A stretch of DNA of 64,000 bases from Trypanosoma brucei (lineage: Eukaryota): positions 3,104,001 through 3,168,000 of the forward strand of contig CM000208.1 in the NCBI GenBank assembly GCA_000002445.1, given 5' to 3'. Numbering within the stretch: the first letter of the stretch is position 1; every line of letters starts with the position of its first letter. Positions 20,934-32,100 of the stretch are shown one piece after another. The notes below the pieces were generated by a model. It was given only the letters and a program-made list of their open reading frames with translations, was not told where the DNA came from and made no database searches. The position numbers and the translations under genes are program-made.

Positions 20934-21477
20934 ATGTGGTCAAGTGTGCAAACATCTCATGGAGCTCATGCTCTCCAACCCCCTCTTCATCGTCGTCATC
21001 AATATCTTCCCATTCTTCATGTTGGCATATCTTATTAATAGCTTTTTTACCTGTTCGCAACAGGATAGCTTCCTCAATAGCACCGAGTTCCTTCCGGTGT
21101 TTTTCCTCCTGTTCCTTTTGCAACTGCCGAATGTACTTCCCTAATTCCCGCCGCTCCATCTTGGCATCTTCACCCTTCCTAATCCTCTGCCGTCGCGCCT
21201 CCAGTTCACGTGTGTGTTCCTTTAGCACCATCCGTTCGGCCGCTTGCCGCTTTAGGAGTTTGCTACGCTCCGTCCGCAAGGCTGCAAAAACGTCTTGATC
21301 GCGTTTACCTGACCGCTTGTGGCCAGTCATCTTTTTTATTCTCAATGGCACAGTTTTGACCCCACGAGCAGCCGCAATCACAGCAGCAACGGAATCCAAA
21401 CAGCTACCCTTTTTAGCGCCCCTAACCTTCTTCTTGCGGAGGACACGGGAGTTACCCCCAACTCGGCGTTTGCCCAT
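20932..21477 (-). CDS. Small, highly basic coiled-coil protein (181 aa) with an acidic C-terminal tail. Hypothetical, possibly nucleolar or ribosome-biogenesis related.
   Basis: ATG ORF in the PTU orientation. Lys/Arg-rich N-terminus (MGKRRVGGNSRVLRKKKVRGAKKG) and an acidic tail (EDIDDDDEEG). Sized to fit the gap. The TAG stop at 20932-20934 was verified on the minus strand. Confidence 0.5.
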   Translation of the reverse strand: MGKRRVGGNSRVLRKKKVRGAKKGSCLDSVAAVIAAARGVKTVPLRIKKMTGHKRSGKRDQDVFAALRTERSKLLKRQAAERMVLKEHTRELEARRQRIRKGEDAKMERRELGKYIRQLQKEQEEKHRKELGAIEEAILLRTGKKAINKICQHEEWEDIDDDDEEGVGEHELHEMFAHLTT

Positions 21478-21664
21478 ACCCCCCAGTGAGCCTCACTAAA
21501 AGTAATGAAAGGAACAGAGTAGCGTAAATGTCATTTCATAAACCATTTGGTTCATAATCGGAAGAAAATAAAGTTATATACACGAGATACACTGCAATAG
21601 AAATTGTCTTTTTTTAAAAAAAAACTGGTAATAGTTTACATTCACACTAAGGTGAAGTGTGTCT

Positions 21665-21704
21665 GGGGAGGGGGGGACGGAATGTCAAACAACGTCCCCC
21701 TCCC
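21665..21704. repeat. G-rich/C-rich imperfect inverted repeat (ggggagggggggacgg ... cgtccccctccc) in the intergenic region between the 181-aa gene and the IQ-motif gene.
   Basis: Read directly. ~12-bp stem with a 2-G bulge and a ~13-nt loop. Confidence 0.8.
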
Positions 21705-21915
21705 TTAGGGAGTGTGTAAATGTGTGAGAATGGAGCCCTTCGTGATTATTTGTATTGTTACCCACTCCTTCGTCCCAATGCCTCGTCAAAAAACCGCTCT
21801 TTTCCTCTTGAGGATCTCTGACCCCCAATTGTTACATGTAGTTGACACACACAATAATGAAGATAGGGAAGTCGTCGTGTTTTTTTTCCTTTTTGAACTC
21901 CCCTCACAAAATACC

Positions 21916-24474
21916 TCAAAGTTGAGAAGTACCGAATCTGGAAGACCCAACCCCGCCCATGGTGGTTGAATCGTGGGGTGCCACCGGACATATACGCCGA
22001 AGCTGTACATAATCAGCCCCACTACTGCAACTCTTAAAGAGCTGTGGTGGAGGGTTTATTTCACTTCGTTGGAGAGGTTGCATGGGTTCTGGTCTCAACT
22101 GACGCGATACCCGTAAAAGTGGAAAACGTGGCTTCTGCGTTGTGTGGCCCTGACTGATACCTGTTTCATCCCTACGGATAACCTGATCATTACCGCCGCA
22201 ACGCCCACCTCCCCTGGGTGGTTCGGCTACTGTGCATCCCTCAGAGGAATAGTGGCCTGTTGGCAAGTGACTGGCACTTTGGGGTAGCTGAGTCCCACTT
22301 TTAGTGCCACTCTCCTCCAGTTCTTCCACCCTTTGACTTCGCTCCCCGCTGACTAAAGATGTAGTAAATGTTCCACGATGAGTAGTGTTGTAGACATATT
22401 GCCTGCCAGAACCATTGCTTATGGGGTCTAAAGACCTCCGCCCCACCAAGTTTTCATTACCATAACCTGAGGTGAGCATTTCGCTGCGCCGCTCCACATC
22501 AAAAGAAGTTTCACGTGGGCTCGTGGCAAGCGTGCTGTGAATATTGTTTACATCATAAGATGGAAATCTCTCACGTGAAGGGTTTTGCACCACCTGATGC
22601 CATGAGGACGCAACTGAGGCAAAATGTTGACTATGTAAGGTGGGTCGACTGTGCTGCAGCTGCGGTGCATGACGTGACGCACCTGATTTTGTTAGCAAGG
22701 GTAGTACGGTGATGAATGGTAATCCTTGTCGTTGATGGCGGGGAGACACTAATCCTTGGACAGTAACTGACATAATCGGCGACACAACAGTGGTGTCCTG
22801 GTACACTTCGCATGGAATATTTCCCGAGATGGAGTACTGTCCGGTCGGACTCCCTCCCTGTGCATCATTCTTTGTCACAAAAGACCTAGCGTTGCCGGTC
22901 TCCTCTCCGCGCCTACCGATAAAACCTCTAAGTGTCTTTACACGCTGCTTTATCCACTTCCTCCGTTCCTCGGCTGCGGCGCTACGCATTGGCCGATCCA
23001 AGAACTGCAGTGGGATAACCATATACTCCTCTAGCATCTTATGACGCTTTTCCTGTTCTTCACGGAAAAGCTTTTCTGCCTTTCGAACCACCCATGGTTC
23101 GTCCAGTTGCACCAGTAGATTCGCGTAAAGCGGCGGTGCGGTACCCACCGATTGAATCAGTGATGAAGCGAAATCTAGTCTTCGAAACATCTCCCCCCGA
23201 CGTCGCTGAATATCTGCTTCAACTGCTTTCCGCTCCACGGATTCTGTGCATACGAGGAGTTCGAGAAATGCACCTATCAGTTGTTTAAGTGATCCGTCGT
23301 TCCCGCACGGAGTTACTACGTGGGGTGGCCTTTTAGTTCCCGTGTCATCTTCTGCTAACTGAGGAAGCGCTTGCGCGCCCTTACACGAGGGCAAATCTAT
23401 TTCCCTACCACCAATGTCCAATTTCTCTCCCCCTGCCCGAGGGCATTGGGGCAGCCAACTTTCAAAAAGTTCGCCTAGACACCGTCGTGTGCCCTCTTCA
23501 CTATGCAGGGCAGAGGTCCACGGTAATTCGTTGATGGTTAAAGGCAGCTTTCCGCCACTCCCAGCAGTGTGCGCATCCGTTTCCTCTGCTGCCCTCGTAA
23601 GACAGTCACTATCAACATCTTCGACCTTTAGCGGAGGGGGTGGAATGGCGCCACAACCAGTGGTTTGCAGTATCTCATCTTCAAGCACCACACGCGGGAT
23701 CATGGGTGTCAACACCGTGTTAGCTACTCTGCTCATCATGTGTTGTATTTGCAGGACCTCCATACGCTCTTCACGCATGATAGCCAGTGCCCTCGAGGCG
23801 TATTGGGACTCGTACGCCCGCCGCTCGTCACGTTGAAGCGAAAGGTTTTCCCGACAACGATGTGCCACACATCGTTGCAAAAAGAACCGTATAAGAGAAA
23901 TAGCCTGATTGTACTTCATATTTTTGTACATCCAGTGGACAAAGTGCCGCTCCTTCTGGGACCGAAAAACGCGCTGCAAAAAGCGAGCAGCTAATTCTTT
24001 CCTTCTGGAAATGCGCGTCAGCCGACTTCGCAAGAATGGAACGAGCACACTAATTGCAGTCCTCTGGCGAATACGCTTCCGCTGTTGACGGTCACGCCAC
24101 ATACATTGAATCTTATAAGCAGCCCTTACTTTTTCAACGGTTTCGAGTCGGACCTGCTTTCGGTACCGGATCAGGACGCGGCGCATGGCGGCAGCGAAAA
24201 GCAGCGAAAGGGCACAGATGAAAAGAGGCCTAACTTTCCGTCGAAGTGAGAGATGCCTGTAGAGGAAACGCTTCGGCATGTTGCTTGCAAGCCGTCTGTA
24301 CCTGGACAGTTGCTCTTGTGATGCTAGCGACGTTCTCGCGCTTGCTACATATCTTCCTACACATGAGCTTGGCTGTCTGCTTTCAATCGAAGCGCGGCGT
24401 CGTGAGAACTCGGTTTGTTTGCCAGCCAGCGTAGATCCCCAGCCTTTCTTGCTGTTGGAGGTGAAGCCGTCCAT
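21916..24474 (-). CDS. IQ-motif-containing protein (852 aa), hypothetical.
   Basis: N-terminal tandem IQ-like motifs (AAYKIQCMWRDRQQRKRIRQ, AARFLQRVFRSQKERHFVHW, ISLIRFFLQRCVAHRCR). The rest is low-complexity and Ser/Thr-rich. A polypyrimidine tract plus AG lies upstream of the 24474 ATG on the minus strand. Confidence 0.6.
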   Translation of the reverse strand: MDGFTSNSKKGWGSTLAGKQTEFSRRRASIESRQPSSCVGRYVASARTSLASQEQLSRYRRLASNMPKRFLYRHLSLRRKVRPLFICALSLLFAAAMRRVLIRYRKQVRLETVEKVRAAYKIQCMWRDRQQRKRIRQRTAISVLVPFLRSRLTRISRRKELAARFLQRVFRSQKERHFVHWMYKNMKYNQAISLIRFFLQRCVAHRCRENLSLQRDERRAYESQYASRALAIMREERMEVLQIQHMMSRVANTVLTPMIPRVVLEDEILQTTGCGAIPPPPLKVEDVDSDCLTRAAEETDAHTAGSGGKLPLTINELPWTSALHSEEGTRRCLGELFESWLPQCPRAGGEKLDIGGREIDLPSCKGAQALPQLAEDDTGTKRPPHVVTPCGNDGSLKQLIGAFLELLVCTESVERKAVEADIQRRRGEMFRRLDFASSLIQSVGTAPPLYANLLVQLDEPWVVRKAEKLFREEQEKRHKMLEEYMVIPLQFLDRPMRSAAAEERRKWIKQRVKTLRGFIGRRGEETGNARSFVTKNDAQGGSPTGQYSISGNIPCEVYQDTTVVSPIMSVTVQGLVSPRHQRQGLPFITVLPLLTKSGASRHAPQLQHSRPTLHSQHFASVASSWHQVVQNPSRERFPSYDVNNIHSTLATSPRETSFDVERRSEMLTSGYGNENLVGRRSLDPISNGSGRQYVYNTTHRGTFTTSLVSGERSQRVEELEESGTKSGTQLPQSASHLPTGHYSSEGCTVAEPPRGGGRCGGNDQVIRRDETGISQGHTTQKPRFPLLRVSRQLRPEPMQPLQRSEINPPPQLFKSCSSGADYVQLRRICPVAPHDSTTMGGVGSSRFGTSQL

Positions 24475-24816
24475 CCTCTACAAAGGGGCGCTAAACAATG
24501 TGATAAATGCTTGCCCACTGCCTCTTCCACTTCTGTTTCAGTCGCAGAGAAACACAACAACAACAACGAAAGCAATAAATGATTCAAGAAAAAGAGAAAA
24601 CAATAATAATTGATTTGTGTGCTCAGCAGAATCTGGATAACCCGAAAATACTGCAGTGCATCCGGACACTGAGAACCACATTACCCTATATCGTAAAAGT
24701 GGCATCATCCGCTCAATCTTTTACGCTGTGTTTTATCCATCCTTTGGTCACACACAGAGTAGGCTCCATCCAGAGCAACAAACGTTCACCGTGAAGGCTT
24801 CCTTTCAATTCCCACT

Positions 24817-26409
24817 TCAGGTCCATGGCAAGCCATTTGGTACAAACAGTGCGCCTATACAATTCCAGAGCAGGAATATACGAACCATTACAACTGTGTT
24901 CCCTCCCCACGGGTCACACACAAACTGCCGACCCCAAAGCCAATACAATGCCGGAGAAGACATGACTAGACGATTCACCACATTAACATGCGCCATAGTG
25001 GCGCCAAAAGCGAGAATCACGAGAAGACAGATGATGTTGGAAGACTGAACAAGGTTCTCCATTAGTTTGTAAATTGAAAACAGGCGTTGCTTTTTATTTC
25101 CACACCGGTCTTCCCGGCAATCGCTTCTCGGTTCTTGATATTCTTTTGAAATATTTGACTCAGTTTCCATACTCCGCGCCAGAGCAGGCTGAACTATAAA
25201 CAGAACAAAGCCGCGCACGGTAAAAAACATAATGGGAGCACTGATGAGTACATTCGGTGCATTGCCCCAACGGTAAGACTGCAGGAACCCGACATTCCAG
25301 TACCGCTTTTGCATCCAACCGTAGAATGCCCAGAAGCGGCCGCCGATTGCGGCTCTGGACATGTCATCCCACAATGGAACGAAACGGCTATAACACAAGT
25401 AGTTTAGCCCGAGATATGGTGTAATGATGATAACCACCTCAATCAACACAATCACACATCTTGCTAAGCTCGGCCACCGACGAATTGGAGAGGTTACGCC
25501 ATACCGCTTGGCGTATCGCTTTCTGTAGGTGTCAAAAAAAAACACCTGCAAGAAGACAGGATACAGGACGAATCCAATGTATGTTGTCGCGTTGGATCGA
25601 GCACAACCTGCCACGGCGAAGCACAACACGGCCCCTGCCTCAGCAGCAGCAGTTCGCCACTTCCCTTGAGGTGAAACGATAAGCATATACACGCCAAGAA
25701 ACGTTGCAAAGGAGAAAACACTTTCCGTGTAAAGCACCACGCTGAACACAGCCGTAGGACTTAGCATCCACATCAGCACTGTTGCACCTACTTCCTTCCA
25801 TAGCCTAGCGTTCAAGTGTTCCTTCACCGTCACCTCGTGCCGATAATACGGAGGCGGCAGCGGAAGGCTGTCCAACCAAGTTCCGGATGTCATTGACATT
25901 GCTTTATCCTTTTTATTGGTGTAATCCACGCCATGGGACCCACTGAGCAGGGTAAGGATGGTGATGCGCCGCAAACAGACAGCCGCGGCACCACCCATGG
26001 CAACATTCAGCAACGCCACCTGAAAGGTAACTGGCACCGCCGTCAAAAATTCCGGTAAAAGCACGTCGTTTAACCATGAAACTGTCCGAACAATAAATGG
26101 AACGAGTGGGAAGAACGCGCAAACATTTTCATGGGAGTACCCATGTTTGGCCACGTGGAAGAAATGCACACCATCCCAACTCCGAGGAAAGTTTAACAGA
26201 CTCCACGTACTGTTCATATCATCATATAGCAAAGTCCCGCTGTCCCATAGCAGCTCCGTGCCATAAATATGCGGAAGTGCAACGCGAAGGAAGAGCATCA
26301 GCAGCAACAAGAACATGCGCGACCCGGACACAAGAAAAAACAGTTTCACATCCGAGCAGTAGGCGATTCGTTCAAGACCCTCGAGTCTTTGCGCACGAGT
26401 TGGCGACAT
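24817..26409 (-). CDS. PIGV: Multi-pass membrane glycosyltransferase, GPI mannosyltransferase II (PIG-V/GPI18)-like (530 aa).
   Basis: Many hydrophobic transmembrane helices. The N-terminal lumenal motif WDGVHFFHVAKHGYSHENVCAFFPLVPF resembles the conserved PIG-V/Gpi18 motif (WD..HF..IA.HGY..E...AFFP). This assignment is from memory of the family motif only. Confidence 0.5.
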   Translation of the reverse strand: MSPTRAQRLEGLERIAYCSDVKLFFLVSGSRMFLLLLMLFLRVALPHIYGTELLWDSGTLLYDDMNSTWSLLNFPRSWDGVHFFHVAKHGYSHENVCAFFPLVPFIVRTVSWLNDVLLPEFLTAVPVTFQVALLNVAMGGAAAVCLRRITILTLLSGSHGVDYTNKKDKAMSMTSGTWLDSLPLPPPYYRHEVTVKEHLNARLWKEVGATVLMWMLSPTAVFSVVLYTESVFSFATFLGVYMLIVSPQGKWRTAAAEAGAVLCFAVAGCARSNATTYIGFVLYPVFLQVFFFDTYRKRYAKRYGVTSPIRRWPSLARCVIVLIEVVIIITPYLGLNYLCYSRFVPLWDDMSRAAIGGRFWAFYGWMQKRYWNVGFLQSYRWGNAPNVLISAPIMFFTVRGFVLFIVQPALARSMETESNISKEYQEPRSDCREDRCGNKKQRLFSIYKLMENLVQSSNIICLLVILAFGATMAHVNVVNRLVMSSPALYWLWGRQFVCDPWGGNTVVMVRIFLLWNCIGALFVPNGLPWT

Positions 26410-27772
26410 TCTACTCGACGCACAGGTTGTACAAGTGGTCCTACGAGGTCCCCTCTCACCTCTTATCCGAGTGGTGTGTGTTTGTGTGGGTTGGCGGTAT
26501 TGATATGGTGGACAATGATTTAAAAAAAAAAGAAAAGTATGACGTTTTGCAGCTGAAGATAAGACAAAATAAATAAGGAAGCAATAACCTCAGTTTTCCC
26601 CGCTTAATCCAACACCTCCGTTCGCTACAGTTTGTGTAATACAAATTTAACTTGTGTAAGTCGCACGCCACAGAAACGCGGTAGAATGGCTTGTAGATCG
26701 ACAAAGGTATATGTTGCGATGTTAATATAGATCCCTCTCCATTGCACAGTCCGGAAGGGTGTTGTCCGCACCGATTAACACTGCGGCAGGCATCGTAAGC
26801 GGCAAAGCGTATCACCGCTCGAGAAGCGGTGAAGAACAGTTGGGGAGAAACTGATCAACACATTAAGTGTACACGCGTTTGATACGCACACTTGTACAAC
26901 GTCGATGCGCTGACTGCGCTAGTCGCAGACATACAGGTGCTGGTGACCACAACTCCCAAGGTGCTATTTAAAAATTATATAGAGATCACGATAAGCGAAC
27001 TCATAATCGTAGAACCAAGCTCCTTCTCGTCCCGTTGAATTCATTGAAAACTTTTCCATTGGTTGAGCCATCCGTACTGATTCCTTTTTTCCTTTTATTT
27101 GCCTCCCGTTGCGTAGCACTCCTTATCCTACAGTGCGCACCATCGTAACTTGTGACCGTCGGAAAAGGTGAACCTTCAATCCGGTAACTGTACCTCAGCC
27201 TTATGTCCTATCTCTGCCTCCGTATGCACGTGGGGGTTGTGAGCCCCCTATTGGTAACGGAGTGTGCGCGATATGTCTGGAACTTACCTCCTACGTCTTA
27301 CCAAAGGCACAAAGCGGCCATAAACAATCCCCGTCCAACAAAACTTTTTTCACAGGAAATTGGCTCCACAGCACAGCAACCGCCTAAGGCAAGTGACGAT
27401 GAAAAACACAGCCGCAACGGTGTGAAAACTGTCGATTTTTTCGCCAACGGATTGCCTTCTCGTGCTCATAACTATGAGGAAAAAAGGCCCAGTTGCATGG
27501 AGCTAAATTAGGAGCCAACCGCACGATCCGAAGGAGCGAGAAAAGCTTAGAAATACGACGAGAAACACTCATGGACTGGTGTGATGTTCACTTTCTTCAT
27601 TACCAGAGGCATGAAATGTGTACTAATGAGGGGCAGATAACGCTTGTCATAATAAAATGATTTCTACGTGGAATAGGTACGGTCATGGTGAATCTCGCGT
27701 ATACCCCCTCATTCCTTTACCTCCATTGAAATTCGCATATATTGCATAGTCAGTGAAGACCCTTCCACAATA

Positions 27773-28804
27773 TCAGCCGTGGGTGTGGTGGTGGACGTAT
27801 TCCATCATCCACTGTGCCTTGGTACTGCGACAAAGTGGGCAACACCGCGGGTCGTTGGCCAATGAAGCGCGTTGACGTCCTATGCTGTATTTTTTCTTGC
27901 GCAGATGTGGTCTCCGGGCTAGTTGCCTTGCCCTCTCCTCCTTCGCCGCTTCCGCTTCGTATTCAAGCCAGCTCTGAGCGACCTCGCCACGTAAAAGCGT
28001 GCGCGGTCGGGCCGCATAGACATGAAAACACCGAAGACAGCGGAAGAGAGTCTTTTCGCTACTTTGCACTAGCTTACTTTTAGTTACGGTACGATGCAAC
28101 AGAAGGCTATGTTCCACTACCTCACGACTGGCTGAACATGGAGACAGGTACTTCGATAGTTTCAGTGCTCCTACTGGAGCCAGCGCGACGTCAACATGTG
28201 GCGACACCTCTTTTGTGGTGGGAGCACGCTGATGAGATTGTCGGAATGCGCGCCTCTCTTCCAGCAACCACTTGCTGTCTTTCCGTAGGCGGACGCAGTG
28301 TCGACCAGCTTCGTTGAAAATGTTTCGAAGTGCTCTTTGTTGAGTCTCGTAAGACTCAATTGAGAAGAGTTGAGGCGAACTATTGGTGCCGTCGCGCTCA
28401 TCATTTGCTTGCCGGGCACCCCCCTCTCCATCGGTAGCGCTGCGTGAGTTGGGCAACACAAAGGTCGGTGTTCGACTTGCTGCCATAGCAGCCTTCTTTA
28501 ATTTCGTTGCACGAGGCGTTGGTACAAGGTACTCGTCGGCGACAGATGACGTTGAGCCCAGCGCCGCCGGTCTCACTGCATCAAACGCACCATTGGAGAC
28601 CATAGACTCCTCAACAACACCACTGGAGGTTGCTTCTGTCGTGCACGTGTCGCGCACGCGGTCCAGTTCGGCAAGCAGCGGTCCGCGATATGTCATCCGC
28701 CCAGGAGCTGGTCGCCGCTGGGGGATCAGGTTCTGGGGAAGCAGCCGTGCAGCCCCCGGAGTTAACGACTTTTGTAACAGTGACGACGAAAGGTGGCGTG
28801 GCAT
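27773..28804 (-). CDS. Hypothetical protein (343 aa) with a Cys-containing C-terminus (CLRCFHVY...CCPLCRS).
   Basis: ATG ORF in the PTU orientation filling the gap. No recognisable domain. The C-terminal Cys/His arrangement may be a small zinc-binding motif. Confidence 0.5.
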   Translation of the reverse strand: MPRHLSSSLLQKSLTPGAARLLPQNLIPQRRPAPGRMTYRGPLLAELDRVRDTCTTEATSSGVVEESMVSNGAFDAVRPAALGSTSSVADEYLVPTPRATKLKKAAMAASRTPTFVLPNSRSATDGEGGARQANDERDGTNSSPQLFSIESYETQQRALRNIFNEAGRHCVRLRKDSKWLLEERRAFRQSHQRAPTTKEVSPHVDVALAPVGALKLSKYLSPCSASREVVEHSLLLHRTVTKSKLVQSSEKTLFRCLRCFHVYAARPRTLLRGEVAQSWLEYEAEAAKEERARQLARRPHLRKKKYSIGRQRASLANDPRCCPLCRSTKAQWMMEYVHHHTHG

Positions 28805-29157
28805 TACAAACTACTAACCATCACGTTCATAAATCTGGGGTGAATGAAGATCAAGTGGGAAACAACTTTAAAAACAAAGGGCAACACAATACTAATTATG
28901 TGCATATTCTGTTAATTACCATGGCGGACATGTTCTACGGTTATTGCCTAGTCTTGTGGCAAATATTAATCGTCGTTAGTACCTAACCAAAACCTACGCT
29001 TATCCCCGACTGACGAGGGGCATGTTACGAATTATCCCTGACCTCTTCCTTTTTATACGCCAGCTCGTTAATTATGTACAACCAGAGGTCTGTTCCCTTT
29101 TGCCGCCGATGCGCCCAAATATGACAAGCACCGCCCCCTCCGAAGTGTGACGTTAAG

Positions 29158-32100
29158 TTACTTCACTTTTCTCTTCGCTACTTTTTCAGTTTTCTTATTT
29201 GTTTCTCCATTCGTTCCCTTACTTTTTCCATCCTGCTCAGCCACCGCTGACCTTTTCTTACCCTTATCTGCACTGCTCTTCCGGCTGTCATGCTGCGACT
29301 GTCGGACTTCTAACTTCGTCTTGCTGCCCTCCCGCCGGGGCCGCTTTGAACTCTTACCTTCTTTCCCCTCATTTATGTTCGATCTCTTTCTGCGCAGTGC
29401 ACCGCGAGCCGCGGCCACAATGGCGTCCTTATCCATTACATTATGCACACGGGACGAGACCCCCTTTGTCTCCATAACTTCATTGGTTGCAGTCTCTTCC
29501 TCGGACGTGAGCGACCTCAGTGCGGTCGGCAGCAGAGCACCGCGACTAATACGGAGGATATCATCGTGGAGTTTGCTGCAGTGGTTCCGCGGTGCATGCG
29601 AAGTAATAGTAATTACACTGATGGAACGAGGGGCAAGACAATCGTAGAAAACCATTGAGCGGTCCCTCGTAGCGGCGCGCACACTCCTTACCACATGAGC
29701 CGCCGGCTCTCGTTCAACAAGTTCACTAATATAAATGCGGCTCTTCGCCGCCTCCAGCTCATCTAACCTCCATACTCGCGCTGTCGCCGGAGAATCTGTC
29801 GACTCTCCTGCCACTGTCCCTGCACCCGAGATGCCACTCCCAACGCCGTTCGCCCCTGCTGCTTTAACCTTTTCAATGGAAGGAGGTGCGATAAGACGGT
29901 CCGTTTGTAGAAGTAGGCATGGGTGCAGGACCATTTGGAAGTCAAAGTCACTGGGATTGGGCGTGAAGACAGCAGCTTCGAGGTGTGACGGAGAATCGTT
30001 TTCACTAACCAGGTCAATAAGTACCGAAAGAGCTGCCTTCGCGAGCTGCACAACGCGATGGACGATTAAAGGTCTCGGTGTATGCACTGTGAAAGGACTT
30101 TCCAATGGTGCGTAAGGTGTGGCAATGAACATACCTCGTTCTTCACCCATGGAGCGCACAAGTGCTGCTGCTTCAGCCTGCTCTTTGCTGTCCATTGAGT
30201 ACGGAAGCACAAGTGGCTCTTTCCAGTCATGACAAGCTAGCAGCTGTAGGAAACGCAGGAACCCACTTGCGGGAGTTTTGGGGGGCACGGCCCCCAAATA
30301 TGCATTAGCAACTAGAAGCTCCACCGCCTCCGGGACAATAAATTCATACAAGAGCATGGCACTCATCCACCGGCTAGCGATGCGTGTGGCTGTGGCGTAG
30401 CTACTGTGTCCGAAGGATATTGTGCGGAGAAATTTGGCGTGCTGTGCGCTCCAAAAAAGCTTCCGCTCAATCGTGGATGCTTCAGACTCGCGTCCAAGGG
30501 CTCTTAGAAGAGACACTTCACGGTAGTGGGCTATATAGAGTCGGAAGAGATAGCCCTTGAAAATGATATCCACCGAATGAGCTGTGCACGATGACCGTAT
30601 ATGCAACTTCTCAGTTTCTTTGCCGCATGTCTCCCCCTCTCCTTGACGGCTGATATGCTCTTCACGCTCTTTTTTTAACTTTCCTTCTTTCCCTTCGATG
30701 GATGTTCCTCCATCAACCTTACCTTCGTCGTCTCCATATTGTTCCTGTAGTACCTTTGAAAGTTGAGCACAAATAGCTCCCTTCATTGTTGCGATAGCTT
30801 CTACAGTGTCGGGAATTTTGTTCCTGTCGTCAATTGTCAATACGCCGTGCACTGGCTCGATGGTGGGCGCAACACTGAGTCCGGCAAAACATGGTTGGGT
30901 GATGTCATCAGTTGTGTACGTGAGCGCAATGTGGGGACGAACGGGGAACGTTGCAGTGTGACGTTCGCTGGCTGAGACGATATCCAAAGAGGTAATTTTG
31001 CACGGCAGTGCAGTGCGTGGGATATCCACCACCATTGTTTCGACGGCTCGGCAGGCGTCCAGAAGTGACTTCTCCACCAGCGGCGCTGTGTCGCGCCACT
31101 CTGCGCCAACACGCTCCGCCAAAACACCCTCAAGTCCGTTCAGCAGCACTGCAACACGTGCAGACGCTCCAATGTGCTTCTCTAGAGCAAATTGAACCAC
31201 ACGTCGCACAACTGTTGTAGCTGGAAGCACAATAGCGTGGCTAGCAGCATCATGGTCAAATGTCCACAGTACGCATCGGTAAATTCCACCGTCGGGAAAT
31301 TGCCGCGTTGATGTTATATCGTTACCCCAGAAGTTGTTGAAGCGGCTGACGGCTTCCGTATCTTCCAATGGTGGGCCACGAGTTAGGCGGTTGCGACCTT
31401 CAGCTTCGGTCGCCAGCCGGACAGCGACATGTGCAGCATCGGCACTCCGGCGCCACATTGTTACATAACTCGCACGCACACCTAAGGCCTCACACACAAC
31501 CAAATAAAGTTTCTGCGTGACTTCCTCCGGTCTTAAATATGCGGCACCCCCCGTTTTCCCGTTCCCTGCAGAATTTGTCTCTGCAAAGTGAGCCTCAAGG
31601 CCAGAAACCACGAGACAAACATCCATACTTAATTGCAGTGGCTGAAAGGGAGTTTTCAGTAGCACCTCTGAGGAGCGCTGGTACTGCATTGCATCGTCCG
31701 CAGCCTTTTTAACAACCTGTTTTAAGAAGGATGTGGAGGTACGAAATAGCAGGTTCATAGTCTCTCCCTCAAGACGCAGAACGGCCACGTCACTTCGATT
31801 ACCCAGTGATAAAGCACCCGCAACCTCTTCGTGGTTTTTGCCCTCTCCGTCATTGTTGAGAGTAGCGTAGCTCTCTGTCAATGTCAAACCGCGCGAAAGG
31901 TAGACCCATACGGCACGCACAACGTTCTCCTCCGACATGCTTGGTGATACAACACCTTCTTCCACGAGCCGCAATATGACCGCAGAGAGATGAAAGCCAC
32001 TGAGTGCCTCAGGATGCCCTGAAGTACGGGCCATTATTCCAGTGTGATGTGCCCAGCAGTTGAGGAACACAGCCGCGCGCTGAAGGGAGTTGCTATTGGA

